A stretch of 64,000 nucleotides of DNA from Patescibacteria group bacterium (GCA_028286885.1 JAQBQS010000003.1:44607-108606), one strand, 5' to 3'. Shown: positions 9,636-19,745, counted from the stretch's first letter. Notes: a model not told the origin generated them from the letters alone. Translations and numbers: made by a program.

Positions 9636-11456
9636 ATGACTACGCTATCCTCATCCGACATTCGCGCGCGATTTCTCGCTTTTTTCAAGGCGCGCGCGCA
9701 CGCCATTTTGCCGTCGGCAAGCCTGGTTCCCGAAAACGATCCTTCGGTGCTTTTTAATACGGCCGGAATGCAGCCGCTCGTTCCGTATCTCATGGGGCAG
9801 AAGCATCCGCTCGGAACGCGGCTTGCGTCATCGCAGAAATGCGTGCGAACAGGCGACATCGAGGAAGTCGGCAACCACAAGAACCTGACGTTTTTTGAGA
9901 TGCTCGGCAATTGGTCGCTCGGCGATTATTTCAAGGAAGACGCCATCAAGTGGAGCTATGAATTTTTGACATCAAAAGAGGAAGGTCTTGGACTTGATCC
10001 TGCGCGTTTGTACGTTACCGTCTTCGAAGGCGACGAGGATGCGCCGCGCGACCTGGAAGCCGTTGAGATTTGGAAGAATTATATTCCCGAGAATAGAATT
10101 TATTTCCTGCCCAAGAAGAACAACTGGTGGTCGCCGGGCGACAACGGTCCCTGCGGTCCTGATACGGAAATGTTCTACGATGTGACGCCAAACGGACTTG
10201 GCGACATGACGCATGACGAATACGTTGCGGCGGATGACGACGGCCGCGTCGTTGAAATCTGGAACGATGTTTTCATGGAGTATGAGAAAAAGGATGGATT
10301 GGTAATAGGAAAGCTTGCGCAGAAAAATGTGGACACGGGTTCAGGACTTGAACGTATAACAATGATCGTACAGGGTAAATCGAATGTTTACGATTCAGAT
10401 CTATTTGCCCCAGTAATGAATATAATCAAGGATACTGCAGGGGATCTCTATGATGAGAAGAGTGCCCGCATCATTGCAGATCATGTAAAGGCGTCCGCAA
10501 TGCTTATTGCGGACGGAGTTCGCCCGTCGAACAAAGATCAGGGCTACGTTCTTCGTCGCTTGATTCGACGCGCAGCAATTCGCGCGAAGAAATTAGGATT
10601 TTTTGAAAAGATGGAACCTCATGCTGAAGAATATGAATATAGCTATAATGTCTTCAGCGACCTGCTAAGCAAATTTTTTGAACTTTATGAGGATACTGAC
10701 TATCTTGGAAAGGTGTCTGGATCGCAAGTATCATCGGAGAAACATCTCCTCGTTCTTGACGAATTCAAGAAGGAAGTTGAGAAGTTCTCTAAAACCCTTG
10801 AACTTGGATTAAAGGAATTCGAAAAGAATACTGATCCGTTTGTGCTCGCCACGACTTACGGTTTTCCGATCGAGCTTACAGAAGAGCTTGCTGCCGAGAA
10901 AGGGGTTGCGATAGATCGTGCCGGTTTTGACGCGAAGATGAAGGCGCACCAGGACTTGTCTCGATCTGGATCGGCAGAAAAGTTTAAGGGAGGTCTTGCC
11001 AATACGAATGAGACGACGGTGAAATTGCATACGGCGCATCACCTGCTCCTTGCGGCATTGCAAGAAGTCCTCGGCAAGGAGGTGAAGCAGAAGGGAAGTA
11101 ATATTACCGAAGAACGATTGCGCATCGACTTCAACTTCGATCGCAAGGTAACACCGGAGGAACTCGCAAAAGTCGAGTCGCTCGTCAATGGTTGGATTGC
11201 CGAAAAGCTTCCCGTCATGCGCCGCGAAATGCCGCGAGAAGAAGCCGAGGCTCTCGGCGCCGAAATGGAATTCGGTGCCAAGTATCCGGACATTGTTTCC
11301 GTTTACACGGTCCAGAAACCTGATGATGCCTATGTGTCCAAGGAATTCTGTGGAGGTCCGCATGTAACGAACACGGGAGACATCGGAGTGTTTAAGATCC
11401 AGAAAGAAGAAGCCTCGAGCGCCGGCATCCGCCGCATCAAGGCGGTACTGTCATAG
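9636..11456 (+). CDS. alaS: Alanine--tRNA ligase, short form lacking the C-Ala domain
   Basis: LFNTAGMQP, TFFEMLGNWS, GPCGP, EIWNDVF, DTGSGLER, HTAHHLL, EFCGGPHV, GIRRIKA at the C-terminus. Confidence 0.97.
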   Translation: MTTLSSSDIRARFLAFFKARAHAILPSASLVPENDPSVLFNTAGMQPLVPYLMGQKHPLGTRLASSQKCVRTGDIEEVGNHKNLTFFEMLGNWSLGDYFKEDAIKWSYEFLTSKEEGLGLDPARLYVTVFEGDEDAPRDLEAVEIWKNYIPENRIYFLPKKNNWWSPGDNGPCGPDTEMFYDVTPNGLGDMTHDEYVAADDDGRVVEIWNDVFMEYEKKDGLVIGKLAQKNVDTGSGLERITMIVQGKSNVYDSDLFAPVMNIIKDTAGDLYDEKSARIIADHVKASAMLIADGVRPSNKDQGYVLRRLIRRAAIRAKKLGFFEKMEPHAEEYEYSYNVFSDLLSKFFELYEDTDYLGKVSGSQVSSEKHLLVLDEFKKEVEKFSKTLELGLKEFEKNTDPFVLATTYGFPIELTEELAAEKGVAIDRAGFDAKMKAHQDLSRSGSAEKFKGGLANTNETTVKLHTAHHLLLAALQEVLGKEVKQKGSNITEERLRIDFNFDRKVTPEELAKVESLVNGWIAEKLPVMRREMPREEAEALGAEMEFGAKYPDIVSVYTVQKPDDAYVSKEFCGGPHVTNTGDIGVFKIQKEEASSAGIRRIKAVLS

Positions 11457-11460
11457 AACT

Positions 11461-12273
11461 ATGAAGAAATTTTTCTTCATAGCAAAAAATCTTATCCTTT
11501 CGCTAAGATTAATATCAGTAGCCGTATCCGTTCTCATTTTGTTGGCAAGCTATTCGCTGATCCACATGTCTCCGCAAATAGGGATTTTATGCGGACTTAT
11601 TGCGACGACATGTTTTGTAATGTCATTCAACGATTGGTATGATCGCATCCACGATCATGAGAAAAAGAATAAGAGTTTTGCTTTTAAAGAATCTACCATC
11701 TTCAAGATTTGGATCTCATATCTTGCTTTGATAGCTTTTATTGCCAACTTCTATATTTTTTTAAATGTAAGTTGGTTAGCGGGAACGCTTTTGTTGCTTC
11801 TTGCGTCGTTAGGATTAGTCTATGGGGGATTCAGAAGGATTCCTTATTTGTCCGCCCTCACCGTTTCAATTTCGCAATCGCTCGTCGTTTTTCTTGCACG
11901 GCCACAAACAGGCTATGCCTTGTCGCAGATAGTTCTGGCTTTGACGGTTTTCGCAATTATTTTTGGAAGAGAGACGTTGAAAGATTTGCAGGACTCCGCA
12001 CATGATGTTTCTTGGAAAAAGACGCTGCCTGCCCTCAAAGGAAACGTGCGCGGGTCACAAGTTGTACTGTGTTCCCATATCCTTCTCTTGGTCGTCTTGG
12101 CTGTGCTGACGGTTTTTGTCGGAAATATTTTCATTCTCCTTAGTCTCGTTTCGACGGGAATCATTCTTCTGAGGATTTATAACGACCCAAGAAGCTTGCC
12201 GACCAACGTGAACAAAAGACTGCTTGATCTGGCGTGCATTCTTGCATTGGCAGGTGTTTATTTTGTGAGATAA
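11461..12273 (+). CDS. UbiA-family prenyltransferase (DGGGP-synthase-like)
   Basis: Multi-TM; NDWYDRIHD and RETLKDLQDSAHD..KKTLP Asp-rich motifs. Confidence 0.8.
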   Translation: MKKFFFIAKNLILSLRLISVAVSVLILLASYSLIHMSPQIGILCGLIATTCFVMSFNDWYDRIHDHEKKNKSFAFKESTIFKIWISYLALIAFIANFYIFLNVSWLAGTLLLLLASLGLVYGGFRRIPYLSALTVSISQSLVVFLARPQTGYALSQIVLALTVFAIIFGRETLKDLQDSAHDVSWKKTLPALKGNVRGSQVVLCSHILLLVVLAVLTVFVGNIFILLSLVSTGIILLRIYNDPRSLPTNVNKRLLDLACILALAGVYFVR

Positions 12274-12324
12274 GAAGGAAGCTCTCGTAGCTTCTTTTTT
12301 ATTTGCATACTATAATAGGCGCAT

Positions 12325-13464
12325 ATGTCACGAAGCCTTTTTGCAAAATCCAAGAAGCAAAAGCCGGTTTCGGTTGCGTGCGTTTGTACGGTCGACAGCC
12401 ATTCGGTCACGGCTGCAGCCGTAAAGGTATGGAGCGGACAAGGGGCGATCCATGCGCCCGTTGTGATTTTTTCTGCGCAGAAAAAAGTCCAAGGCGACAA
12501 GCTATCGGATGTTATTCATCCGCTCAGGGAAATCTTGGAAATGGTTCGTTCGCATGGAGGAAATCCGGATCTCATCAGCTGTGTTATCGGTGAGCCATGG
12601 ATTGCAACGATTCCTCGAACAATAAAAATTGAAAAAGCCGAATCGTTCAAGCTTACTCAAAAAACGGTCGACGATGCGCTTCTTCGCGACATGCGCGCAT
12701 CGGAAGCCGATATCCGGCGCGATGTTGCTGATCCGGACGCGATTGCCATCGTGGATGTTTCAGATCCCATTTGGAGCGTAAACGGATATCGCACTGACAA
12801 CGTAATCGGTTCGGTCATACCGTCGCTTGAACTGGATCGTTCCGTTTCAATCATGCCGGGCGATGTGCTCGACGAGATCGGACTTGCTATTTCCGAAGTT
12901 TTTCATCGCGAGGACATTATTTTTCATTCAGCGCATCACGCATTTGCAAACTATATTGCCAACGAAAAAGCATTAAGCCTTCGCGTAGGTGGCGTATCGT
13001 CCGAGTGGTCAGTCATCGACCGCGGCGTCATTTCGGCGGTCCAGCCGATCCCAGCAGGATTGGTCGAAATCGAAGAGGTCCTCAAGCACGAGTTTTCAAT
13101 TCCGAAAACGCTCATCGAATCAACAATGTCGTTTGCAACGGACGAGGGACTTGCCCTTCATGAGAAGGATGTTTACTATCGCCGAATTGAACGGGCTGCT
13201 TCAGGATGGCTGCACGCAGTCAGATCTTCGCTTGAGGAAATCCGGAAAAAAGCCGACCTGTTGCCGCGCACGCTTGTTTTGTCTTCGGACGCTCCTTGGA
13301 TTCTCGCGCTTGCGCCTGTCATTGCGCGCGAACTTGATATGGCTGTTGCGGTTTTGAGCTCTGATTATATCGGAAATGATGTCGTATTTTCGCATGACGC
13401 TCGTGCCAAGACAAATGCTCTCGGTATTGCGATCGAATATTCGATCAAGAGGATGAATTCATAA
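12325..13464 (+). CDS. Divergent FtsA/PilM-like actin-fold protein
   Basis: Degenerate actin-like pattern (VDSHSVTAA, VNGY, LRVGGVSSE); gene pair with next ORF is typical of CPR. Confidence 0.5.
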   Translation: MSRSLFAKSKKQKPVSVACVCTVDSHSVTAAAVKVWSGQGAIHAPVVIFSAQKKVQGDKLSDVIHPLREILEMVRSHGGNPDLISCVIGEPWIATIPRTIKIEKAESFKLTQKTVDDALLRDMRASEADIRRDVADPDAIAIVDVSDPIWSVNGYRTDNVIGSVIPSLELDRSVSIMPGDVLDEIGLAISEVFHREDIIFHSAHHAFANYIANEKALSLRVGGVSSEWSVIDRGVISAVQPIPAGLVEIEEVLKHEFSIPKTLIESTMSFATDEGLALHEKDVYYRRIERAASGWLHAVRSSLEEIRKKADLLPRTLVLSSDAPWILALAPVIARELDMAVAVLSSDYIGNDVVFSHDARAKTNALGIAIEYSIKRMNS

Positions 13465-13466
13465 TT

Positions 13467-14867
13467 ATGGACAAGCCCAAGAAAAAAGTGATGTCCGACA
13501 TGGTCGCGCGTCCGAAATCCGGAGCGCGCAAGCCTGCGGAAGCTGTTTCAAAGCCTGTGCGCAAGGAACCCGTCAGGGAGCCTTTGCGGTCTGAAAAAAT
13601 TCCAGTAAGAAAAATTCCGGAGCCGATTCGGTATGAGGAACTTTCGGAAGAAGAGGAAATTTTTGACGAAGAAGAGAACGTTCCAGAGGATGATTATCAA
13701 GACGAGAAATCCCTTGACGAACTGATCCATCATTACGGCGACAAGCCGAAGTCCAAGTTCGGATGCGTCATCTGGTTTGTGGCCCTTCTTGCGATCGTAG
13801 CGCTCGTGGTTGCGATCGGCGGACAATTTACGCATGCGGATATTTCCATTACGCCCAAATCATATTCGGGAGCCGTCGACGCCACGCTTGCTCTTTCTCA
13901 GGCTAGGATTGCGAACGGGATACAAGTGGGCATCGCGACCAAGGACTTCCAATCGGAAACAGTCATTCCTGCAACCGGCAGATCGGAAAGCGATATCAAA
14001 GCTACAGCTGCTGTTCGTTTATATAATTCAACAACAACTTCGAAAACAGTTCCCGTAGGAACAATTCTGGTTTCTTCAAAATCGGTGCAGTATGAAACGG
14101 CAAAATCGGTTACAATTCCCAAGGCAAAATCCGCTAGTGTCTTCGGCCAAGCGGATGTCGCGATTACCGCAGTTGCAGCAGGGGAGTCAGGCAACGGCGA
14201 TCTTGACGACTTTACGTTTGCAAAAAGCTCAACATTATTTAAAGGCATAACGATCCATTCCGTGACGCCGGCAATTGGCGGAACAGTCGGCGACCAGGCT
14301 ACAGCTGATCCGACAACTCTTGCAGCTGCAAAGGATGTAGTAATGTCGAATCTGTCGGATCAGGCCTCTCTTGTTGCAAGGCTGTCGCAAGATCTTCCCG
14401 ATGATGCCATTGCTCTTCCTCTTGTTATTCCGCTTGCGGACGCAACGGTTGATGTTGATGGAACGAAACCGGACGGCGTGCATGTGGTTGCTCATCGTTC
14501 CGTTAGCACTCTGATTGTGAATCGATCGGCGCTTGCTCTAGCCTTGGGTAAAAACCTCTCCGTTCCTGACGGGATAAATCTGACGCTTCCGTCGTTTGAC
14601 GGGCTGACCGTTACCTCATCTGACGTTGCGCAGGGACAAGCCGTTCCAAGTATCGTTCATATTCGCATCACCGGAACAGTCACGATTGCCGGCAGCGTAA
14701 AAGCTTCCGACGTTGCGTCATCCATCCTCGGCAAGTCGCGCTCGCAGGCTCGCGCGACCTTGACCGCGCTCCCGGAAATAAAATCCTTCATCCTGCGCGT
14801 GACGCCTCCTTGGCGGCGACTGCTGCCGACGGATCCGTCTGAAATTTCAGTTTCAATTAAAAATTAA
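13467..14867 (+). CDS. Membrane-anchored protein with a baseplate-J-like extracellular domain
   Basis: Charged N-terminus, single TM, PATG..KATAAVRLYN, VTIP, ITAVAAGESGN, PPWRRLLP. Confidence 0.55.
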   Translation: MDKPKKKVMSDMVARPKSGARKPAEAVSKPVRKEPVREPLRSEKIPVRKIPEPIRYEELSEEEEIFDEEENVPEDDYQDEKSLDELIHHYGDKPKSKFGCVIWFVALLAIVALVVAIGGQFTHADISITPKSYSGAVDATLALSQARIANGIQVGIATKDFQSETVIPATGRSESDIKATAAVRLYNSTTTSKTVPVGTILVSSKSVQYETAKSVTIPKAKSASVFGQADVAITAVAAGESGNGDLDDFTFAKSSTLFKGITIHSVTPAIGGTVGDQATADPTTLAAAKDVVMSNLSDQASLVARLSQDLPDDAIALPLVIPLADATVDVDGTKPDGVHVVAHRSVSTLIVNRSALALALGKNLSVPDGINLTLPSFDGLTVTSSDVAQGQAVPSIVHIRITGTVTIAGSVKASDVASSILGKSRSQARATLTALPEIKSFILRVTPPWRRLLPTDPSEISVSIKN

Positions 14868-14979
14868 TACCAAGAAAACCTCGGATATCCGAGGTTTTTG
14901 AATTATTGACTATAAAAAATATATGTGATATTATGATTTGGAAATAAAATTTAATTAAACCAAACCAAACCAACCAACA

Positions 14980-15876
14980 ATGAAAAGAAATATTCTTCTT
15001 TCGATTGCGGCTTTATTCTTAACCATTACCGCGTGTGCATCCGCACCTTTGCTGCTCACGTATCCGAACTCCGGTTCGTTCGCACAGGGCGCACATGTTC
15101 CAATCACATGGAGGAGCGCTGATACAAGCAAACCCATCTTTCTTGCATTGATATCGCAGGTGCCTTTCAAGACACAGCAAGTTATTGCCGTGAGCGTGCC
15201 TTACAACGGAGGGTCATATGCCAACTGGACCATTCCCTCAACGATGTCGCCAGGGAGCTACATGGTCTATGTTCAAAGTAACCGCGGCGTCGGTCCTGCA
15301 GTATGCAATTACGGAGGATTGATCACGGTCACACCGGCACCGGTCTGTACCTTTGGAGGTCTTTATCAGGTACTGGCAGTTCCGGATTCTACTAATTTTG
15401 GAAATTTGACGGTTCCTGCCGGGTCCCGCAATATTGAATGCTTTCATTTCAAGCTGAAGAGTAATTCAACCTGTGACATATCCGTCATTGAGTTCCCAGT
15501 AAGGTTCACAATGTTTTCGGCACCGAACGGCAACACGCTTACGTCATCTGCTGCTCAAGAATTGAGTGACAGTCTGAACGGCGCAATGGTTATAATGACC
15601 CAGTCCGGCACGGTTATTCAAAACGGCCAGTCCTGTCTGGGAGTTATTATTCCCGCAGGAACTGAAATGCAATTCATAATGAAGGCCAGTTTTCCAAATT
15701 CAGTTCCTTCTCAGAGTTCGCTCTCCGGTATTACTACGCGTGCATTTCTTAGCAGTTTGCATGCCGTAAATCTCGGGACAGGACAAGGAATAGGGCCTAA
15801 TGAATTTTCCATAACTGTCGTACCTAGTCAAAACGGCGGACTGCTCTTCGGTACAGGAATTATAACTATTCAGTAG
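14980..15876 (+). CDS. Secreted Ig-like domain protein
   Basis: Signal peptide; YPNSG..ITW..WTIPSTMSPGSY beta-sandwich pattern. Confidence 0.6.
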   Translation: MKRNILLSIAALFLTITACASAPLLLTYPNSGSFAQGAHVPITWRSADTSKPIFLALISQVPFKTQQVIAVSVPYNGGSYANWTIPSTMSPGSYMVYVQSNRGVGPAVCNYGGLITVTPAPVCTFGGLYQVLAVPDSTNFGNLTVPAGSRNIECFHFKLKSNSTCDISVIEFPVRFTMFSAPNGNTLTSSAAQELSDSLNGAMVIMTQSGTVIQNGQSCLGVIIPAGTEMQFIMKASFPNSVPSQSSLSGITTRAFLSSLHAVNLGTGQGIGPNEFSITVVPSQNGGLLFGTGIITIQ

Positions 15877-16002
15877 CGCTAATTGTTTTCTTAAACCGCC
15901 CCTCAAAAGACGGTTTTTTTCTTGGAAAGGTTCTTTGGTTGCCTTATCAGTACAGAAGAATATACTTGATTCTATTATTCGAATCATCGTCCGTTTATTT
16001 TC

Positions 16003-17616
16003 ATGAAGTCAAAATACATTCTTATCGGCCTCGTCATTGTCGCCATTGCAGTCGTCGGTTATCTTGCCGCTGCGGGAAAGCTGTCAGGATCCACTGCTGC
16101 GTCCGTCTATGGAATTTCCCGAGATTCGCAGGTGCAAAAGTCATCAGTATCGAATGCTTCATTGGCGAATGAAAAGGCGACAACAAATGATAGTTCTGCT
16201 TCATCGAATACTGTTGAGCCTTCGAAGCAATCTGCAGCAGCTAATCAAAATCCGGTTGCTGCTTCCTCTGTTTCTTCTAATACAACCCCAATACCTGCTC
16301 CTGCATCAGGGGGTTTACCGATTCTCGTAACGCCTCGTCCAAGACCTGCAGCTGTGGCTTCGTGTAGTGCGGCATCCTCCTCAGTTAACTTCAACATTCC
16401 TGTTGCGGGCTCAACGGTTCATGCAGGAGATGTTATGAATGTTGGCTGGACATGGACCAATCCGACACCTGCGGCAGTTACCTCGGTCTACGTGGTGCCG
16501 CAATTCGGTATTACAACACCTTTATTATTTTCACAGTATTCAACGGCGACTAATGTAACGACAGGGACTGGACACATGTGGGTCAGCACAATCAATGGGA
16601 ACGTGGGCGGAGGAACACTGTCGGCGTCGACACCTGTTGGTCAGTATCGTATGGAAGTTGTAAACGGATCCAATCAGCTTGTCGGGTGCTCGGGGACGTT
16701 CAATGTCGCAGCACCAGTTCCTGCTTGTGTACCGACGTTTGGATATTTGACAAAATGGGGCTCAACAGGGACAGGAAACGGTCAGTTCAATGCCCCTATG
16801 GGGGTCGCAGTTGATCTCTCTGGTAATGTATATGTTGCAGATTTCACCAACAGTCGAATTCAGAAATTTAACTCATCCGGAGTTTACATTTCTCAATGGG
16901 GTGCTTATGGAACAGGAAACGGTCAATTTATAGATCCAGACGGAATTGCAATCGACGCTTCAGGAAATGTATATGTTACTGATGCTGGTAATAATCGTAT
17001 TCAGAAATTTACATCTTCTGGAACATACTTGACCCAATGGGGATCATTAGGAATCGGTAACGGTCAGTTTCATGGTCCCACAGGTATCGTTGTTGATTCG
17101 GTAGGTAATGTCTACATAACAGATACTCTTGATAGGGTTCAAAAATTCTCAAATACTGGAACGTTTATTACCAAATGGGGAACACAAGGCAGTGGTAATG
17201 GGCAATTCAATCAGCCTTCTGGAATAGTTGCAGATTCATCGGGCAATGTTTATGTTTTGGATACAGCTCCGTTTGGCAACCACCGTATTCAGAAATTCAC
17301 ATCTTCGGGAACTTATGTTACGCAATGGGGAAGCAGCGGGTCAGGTCAGGGGCAATTTAGTGGAATTGCCCAAGGTCTTGCCATTGACTCGCATGATAAT
17401 TTATATGTAAGCGATACATTGAATTACCGAGTTAGTAAGTTTGATCATGCAGGTAATTTTATTACTCAGTGGGGAACACAGGGCAGTGGTAATGGACAAT
17501 TTGTAGGCGGTGAATACGGAATTGCCGTTGATTCGGCAGGTAATGTCTATGTCAGTGATGATAGTACTGTCAATCGTATTCAAAAGTTCGGACTCGTTCC
17601 TTGCATTCAAAGTTAA
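16003..17616 (+). CDS. Surface protein with Ig-like domain and six NHL repeats (beta-propeller)
   Basis: TM anchor, Ser/Pro linker, six WGxxGxGNGQF..P.GIAVD..GNVYV.D..N.RIQKF repeats. Confidence 0.9.
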   Translation: MKSKYILIGLVIVAIAVVGYLAAAGKLSGSTAASVYGISRDSQVQKSSVSNASLANEKATTNDSSASSNTVEPSKQSAAANQNPVAASSVSSNTTPIPAPASGGLPILVTPRPRPAAVASCSAASSSVNFNIPVAGSTVHAGDVMNVGWTWTNPTPAAVTSVYVVPQFGITTPLLFSQYSTATNVTTGTGHMWVSTINGNVGGGTLSASTPVGQYRMEVVNGSNQLVGCSGTFNVAAPVPACVPTFGYLTKWGSTGTGNGQFNAPMGVAVDLSGNVYVADFTNSRIQKFNSSGVYISQWGAYGTGNGQFIDPDGIAIDASGNVYVTDAGNNRIQKFTSSGTYLTQWGSLGIGNGQFHGPTGIVVDSVGNVYITDTLDRVQKFSNTGTFITKWGTQGSGNGQFNQPSGIVADSSGNVYVLDTAPFGNHRIQKFTSSGTYVTQWGSSGSGQGQFSGIAQGLAIDSHDNLYVSDTLNYRVSKFDHAGNFITQWGTQGSGNGQFVGGEYGIAVDSAGNVYVSDDSTVNRIQKFGLVPCIQS

Positions 17617-17837
17617 TTAAAAAACCGCCTCTCAAAAGGCGGTTTTTTCTTTTAAAAAATAAGAAATTGGCATTTAAACCATATAAATGACTCGAAAAAC
17701 CTGTGAATTTCCCCCTTGACGGCGGTTGTCTTCTTGGCACTGTTTTAAAATCGTTGTAAATGTTGGGTTTCGGGTGGGGATAAGGTCTAGTGTGTTGACA
17801 TTGGTTTTTAATTTTGATAGGATGCTGTTTACTGCAC

Positions 17838-18056
17838 ATGGTACCAAACAAAGACGAAAAAAACATCGTCACAGCAGAAGTCCTCGAGGCGTTACCGAAC
17901 GCTATGTTTCGCGTACGTTTTCAAGATGGTACTGAGCAAGTCTCATACCTTTCCGGCAAGATGAAACTCCACCGCATCAAGGTCCTGATCGGTGATACGG
18001 TTCATGTGCTTCTCGAACCCTATGGGGGAAAAGGAAGAATCGTCAAGCGAGCGTAA
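17838..18056 (+). CDS. infA: Translation initiation factor IF-1
   Basis: EALPNAMFRV, YLSGKMKLHRIKVLIGD. Confidence 0.97.
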   Translation: MVPNKDEKNIVTAEVLEALPNAMFRVRFQDGTEQVSYLSGKMKLHRIKVLIGDTVHVLLEPYGGKGRIVKRA

Positions 18057-18124
18057 CATTTTACGCTTTCTTGTCATCTCGCCAGTTATTCTGAATTATT
18101 AACTTTAGATACAGATTTTAGATC

Positions 18125-18238
18125 ATGAAAATTCGATCATCAATCAAGAAAATCAGCCCTGACGATATTATCGTCCGTCGAGGAGGCCGTTTGTATCGCA
18201 TTAACAAGAAGAACCCGCGCCACAAGGCTCGCCAATAA
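18125..18238 (+). CDS. rpmJ: 50S ribosomal protein L36, zinc-free type; not in the ORF track
   Basis: Translates [37 protein letters not shown]; lies between infA and rpsM. Confidence 0.95.
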   Translation: MKIRSSIKKISPDDIIVRRGGRLYRINKKNPRHKARQ

Positions 18239-18244
18239 TTATTT

Positions 18245-18625
18245 ATGCGACTACTAGGAATCACACTCCCTGACAAGAAGAACGTGCAGTACGGTCTTAC
18301 ATCTATCTATGGAATCGGACCTGCACGAGCCCTCGCTATCTGCAAGGAATGCAAGATCGACCCAATGAGCAAGATCAAGGACCTTACGGCGGACAATGAA
18401 GCAGCCATCCGAAAGCTCGTCGAAGAGATGAAGCTCGAGGGAAATTTGAAGCGAGAAATCGGACAGAACGTCAAGCGACTCAAGGACATCGGTTCATACC
18501 GAGGTTCACGACATTCGCGTGGATTGCCGACAAAGGGTCAGCGAACCAAGACGAACTCCCGAACGGTTCGCGGAAACAAGCGAGTAACCATGGGATCGGG
18601 ACGAAAGACCGATTCGAAGACATAA
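18245..18625 (+). CDS. rpsM: 30S ribosomal protein S13
   Basis: LTSIYGIG, SYRGSRHSRGLPTKGQRTKTN. Confidence 0.98.
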   Translation: MRLLGITLPDKKNVQYGLTSIYGIGPARALAICKECKIDPMSKIKDLTADNEAAIRKLVEEMKLEGNLKREIGQNVKRLKDIGSYRGSRHSRGLPTKGQRTKTNSRTVRGNKRVTMGSGRKTDSKT

Positions 18626-18629
18626 TAGT

Positions 18630-19064
18630 ATGGGAAAGAAACGAATCGTAAAAACGGAAGGAAACCGCATGGACAAGTCTCTCAAGGACCGAGCTTTGTC
18701 GCGCGTTCCTAAGAAGAAGCTCGTCGTTGGAATTCTCCACGTTCAGGCAACATTCAACAACACGAAAGCCTTGCTGACTGACATGGATGGAAACGCCATC
18801 ATGTCTTCATCATCAGGAGCACTGGGCTTCAAGGGAGCTAAGAAAGGTACGCCTTTCGCGGCTGCCAAAATTGGAGAAGTTCTGGCTGAAAAAGCGGCAA
18901 TGATCGGCCTCAAGGAGGTGCACGTCGTCGTTCGAGGAGTCGGATCAGGTCGAGAATCAGCCATCAGGGCATTTTCAGGCAAGGGAATTGAGATCGCATC
19001 GATCAAGGACCGCACACCGGTTCCATTCAACGGTCCCCGCGCTAAAAAGCCTCGACGCGTATAA
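18630..19064 (+). CDS. rpsK: 30S ribosomal protein S11
   Basis: ATFNNT, GFKGAKKGTPFAA, GSGRESA, DRTPVPFNG. Confidence 0.98.
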   Translation: MGKKRIVKTEGNRMDKSLKDRALSRVPKKKLVVGILHVQATFNNTKALLTDMDGNAIMSSSSGALGFKGAKKGTPFAAAKIGEVLAEKAAMIGLKEVHVVVRGVGSGRESAIRAFSGKGIEIASIKDRTPVPFNGPRAKKPRRV

Positions 19065-19078
19065 TCTCTTAAAATTAT

Positions 19079-19684
19079 ATGACACAGAAAAAATACAAGT
19101 TGTGCCGACGACTCGGCACGCCAATCTTCGAGAAATGCCAGACCGCAAAATTTGCCCAGTCTGAACCAGCTACAAAGAAAGGAAAGAAAGGATTCGGACG
19201 ACGCTCTGACTACGGAAACCAGCTCATCGAAAAGCAGAAGGTGCGATTCATGTACGGCGTCCGCGAGAAGCAGTTCGGAAACTACGTCGAGCACGCAATG
19301 GAAACGGCCAAGAAGGGTACGACTCCTGCGACGCTCCTCTTCCGACAGCTCGAAGAGCGACTCGACAACGTCATCTACCGACTCGGATTCGCGGCAACGC
19401 GAGCCTTGGCCCGACAGATGGCGTCCCACGGACACTTCACCGTCAACGGCAAGAAGATGACGATTCCGTCATATTCAGTCAAGACGACAGATGTCATTGC
19501 TATCCGCGAGGGCAGCAAGACAAACGGACTCTTCACAGACGTTGCGACGAAGCTTAAAGCAGTCAAATCTCCAGAGTGGCTCAAATGGGATCCAGTCTCA
19601 ATGACAGCCAAAGTTATCAGCGACCCGAAGAATCCCGACGCGTTCCTGAATTTTCAGGCCGTTATCGAGTTCTACAGCCGATAG
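19079..19684 (+). CDS. rpsD: 30S ribosomal protein S4
   Basis: SDYGNQLIEKQK, LEERLDNVIYRLG, IEFYSR. Confidence 0.98.
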   Translation: MTQKKYKLCRRLGTPIFEKCQTAKFAQSEPATKKGKKGFGRRSDYGNQLIEKQKVRFMYGVREKQFGNYVEHAMETAKKGTTPATLLFRQLEERLDNVIYRLGFAATRALARQMASHGHFTVNGKKMTIPSYSVKTTDVIAIREGSKTNGLFTDVATKLKAVKSPEWLKWDPVSMTAKVISDPKNPDAFLNFQAVIEFYSR

Positions 19685-19745
19685 TCATTAGTTAGTTTCG
19701 AGACATTCCTTTATTTATCAATCTATCATCATCCCCCAATCAATT

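Noticed and set aside
13467-14867. Prophage or contractile injection system suggested by the baseplate-J-like domain
   Set aside because: No other phage structural genes are present and the protein is membrane-anchored.
16741-17590. DNA-level repeats suggesting a DGR or repeat array
   Set aside because: They are explained by six in-frame NHL protein repeats; no reverse transcriptase or template repeat is present.
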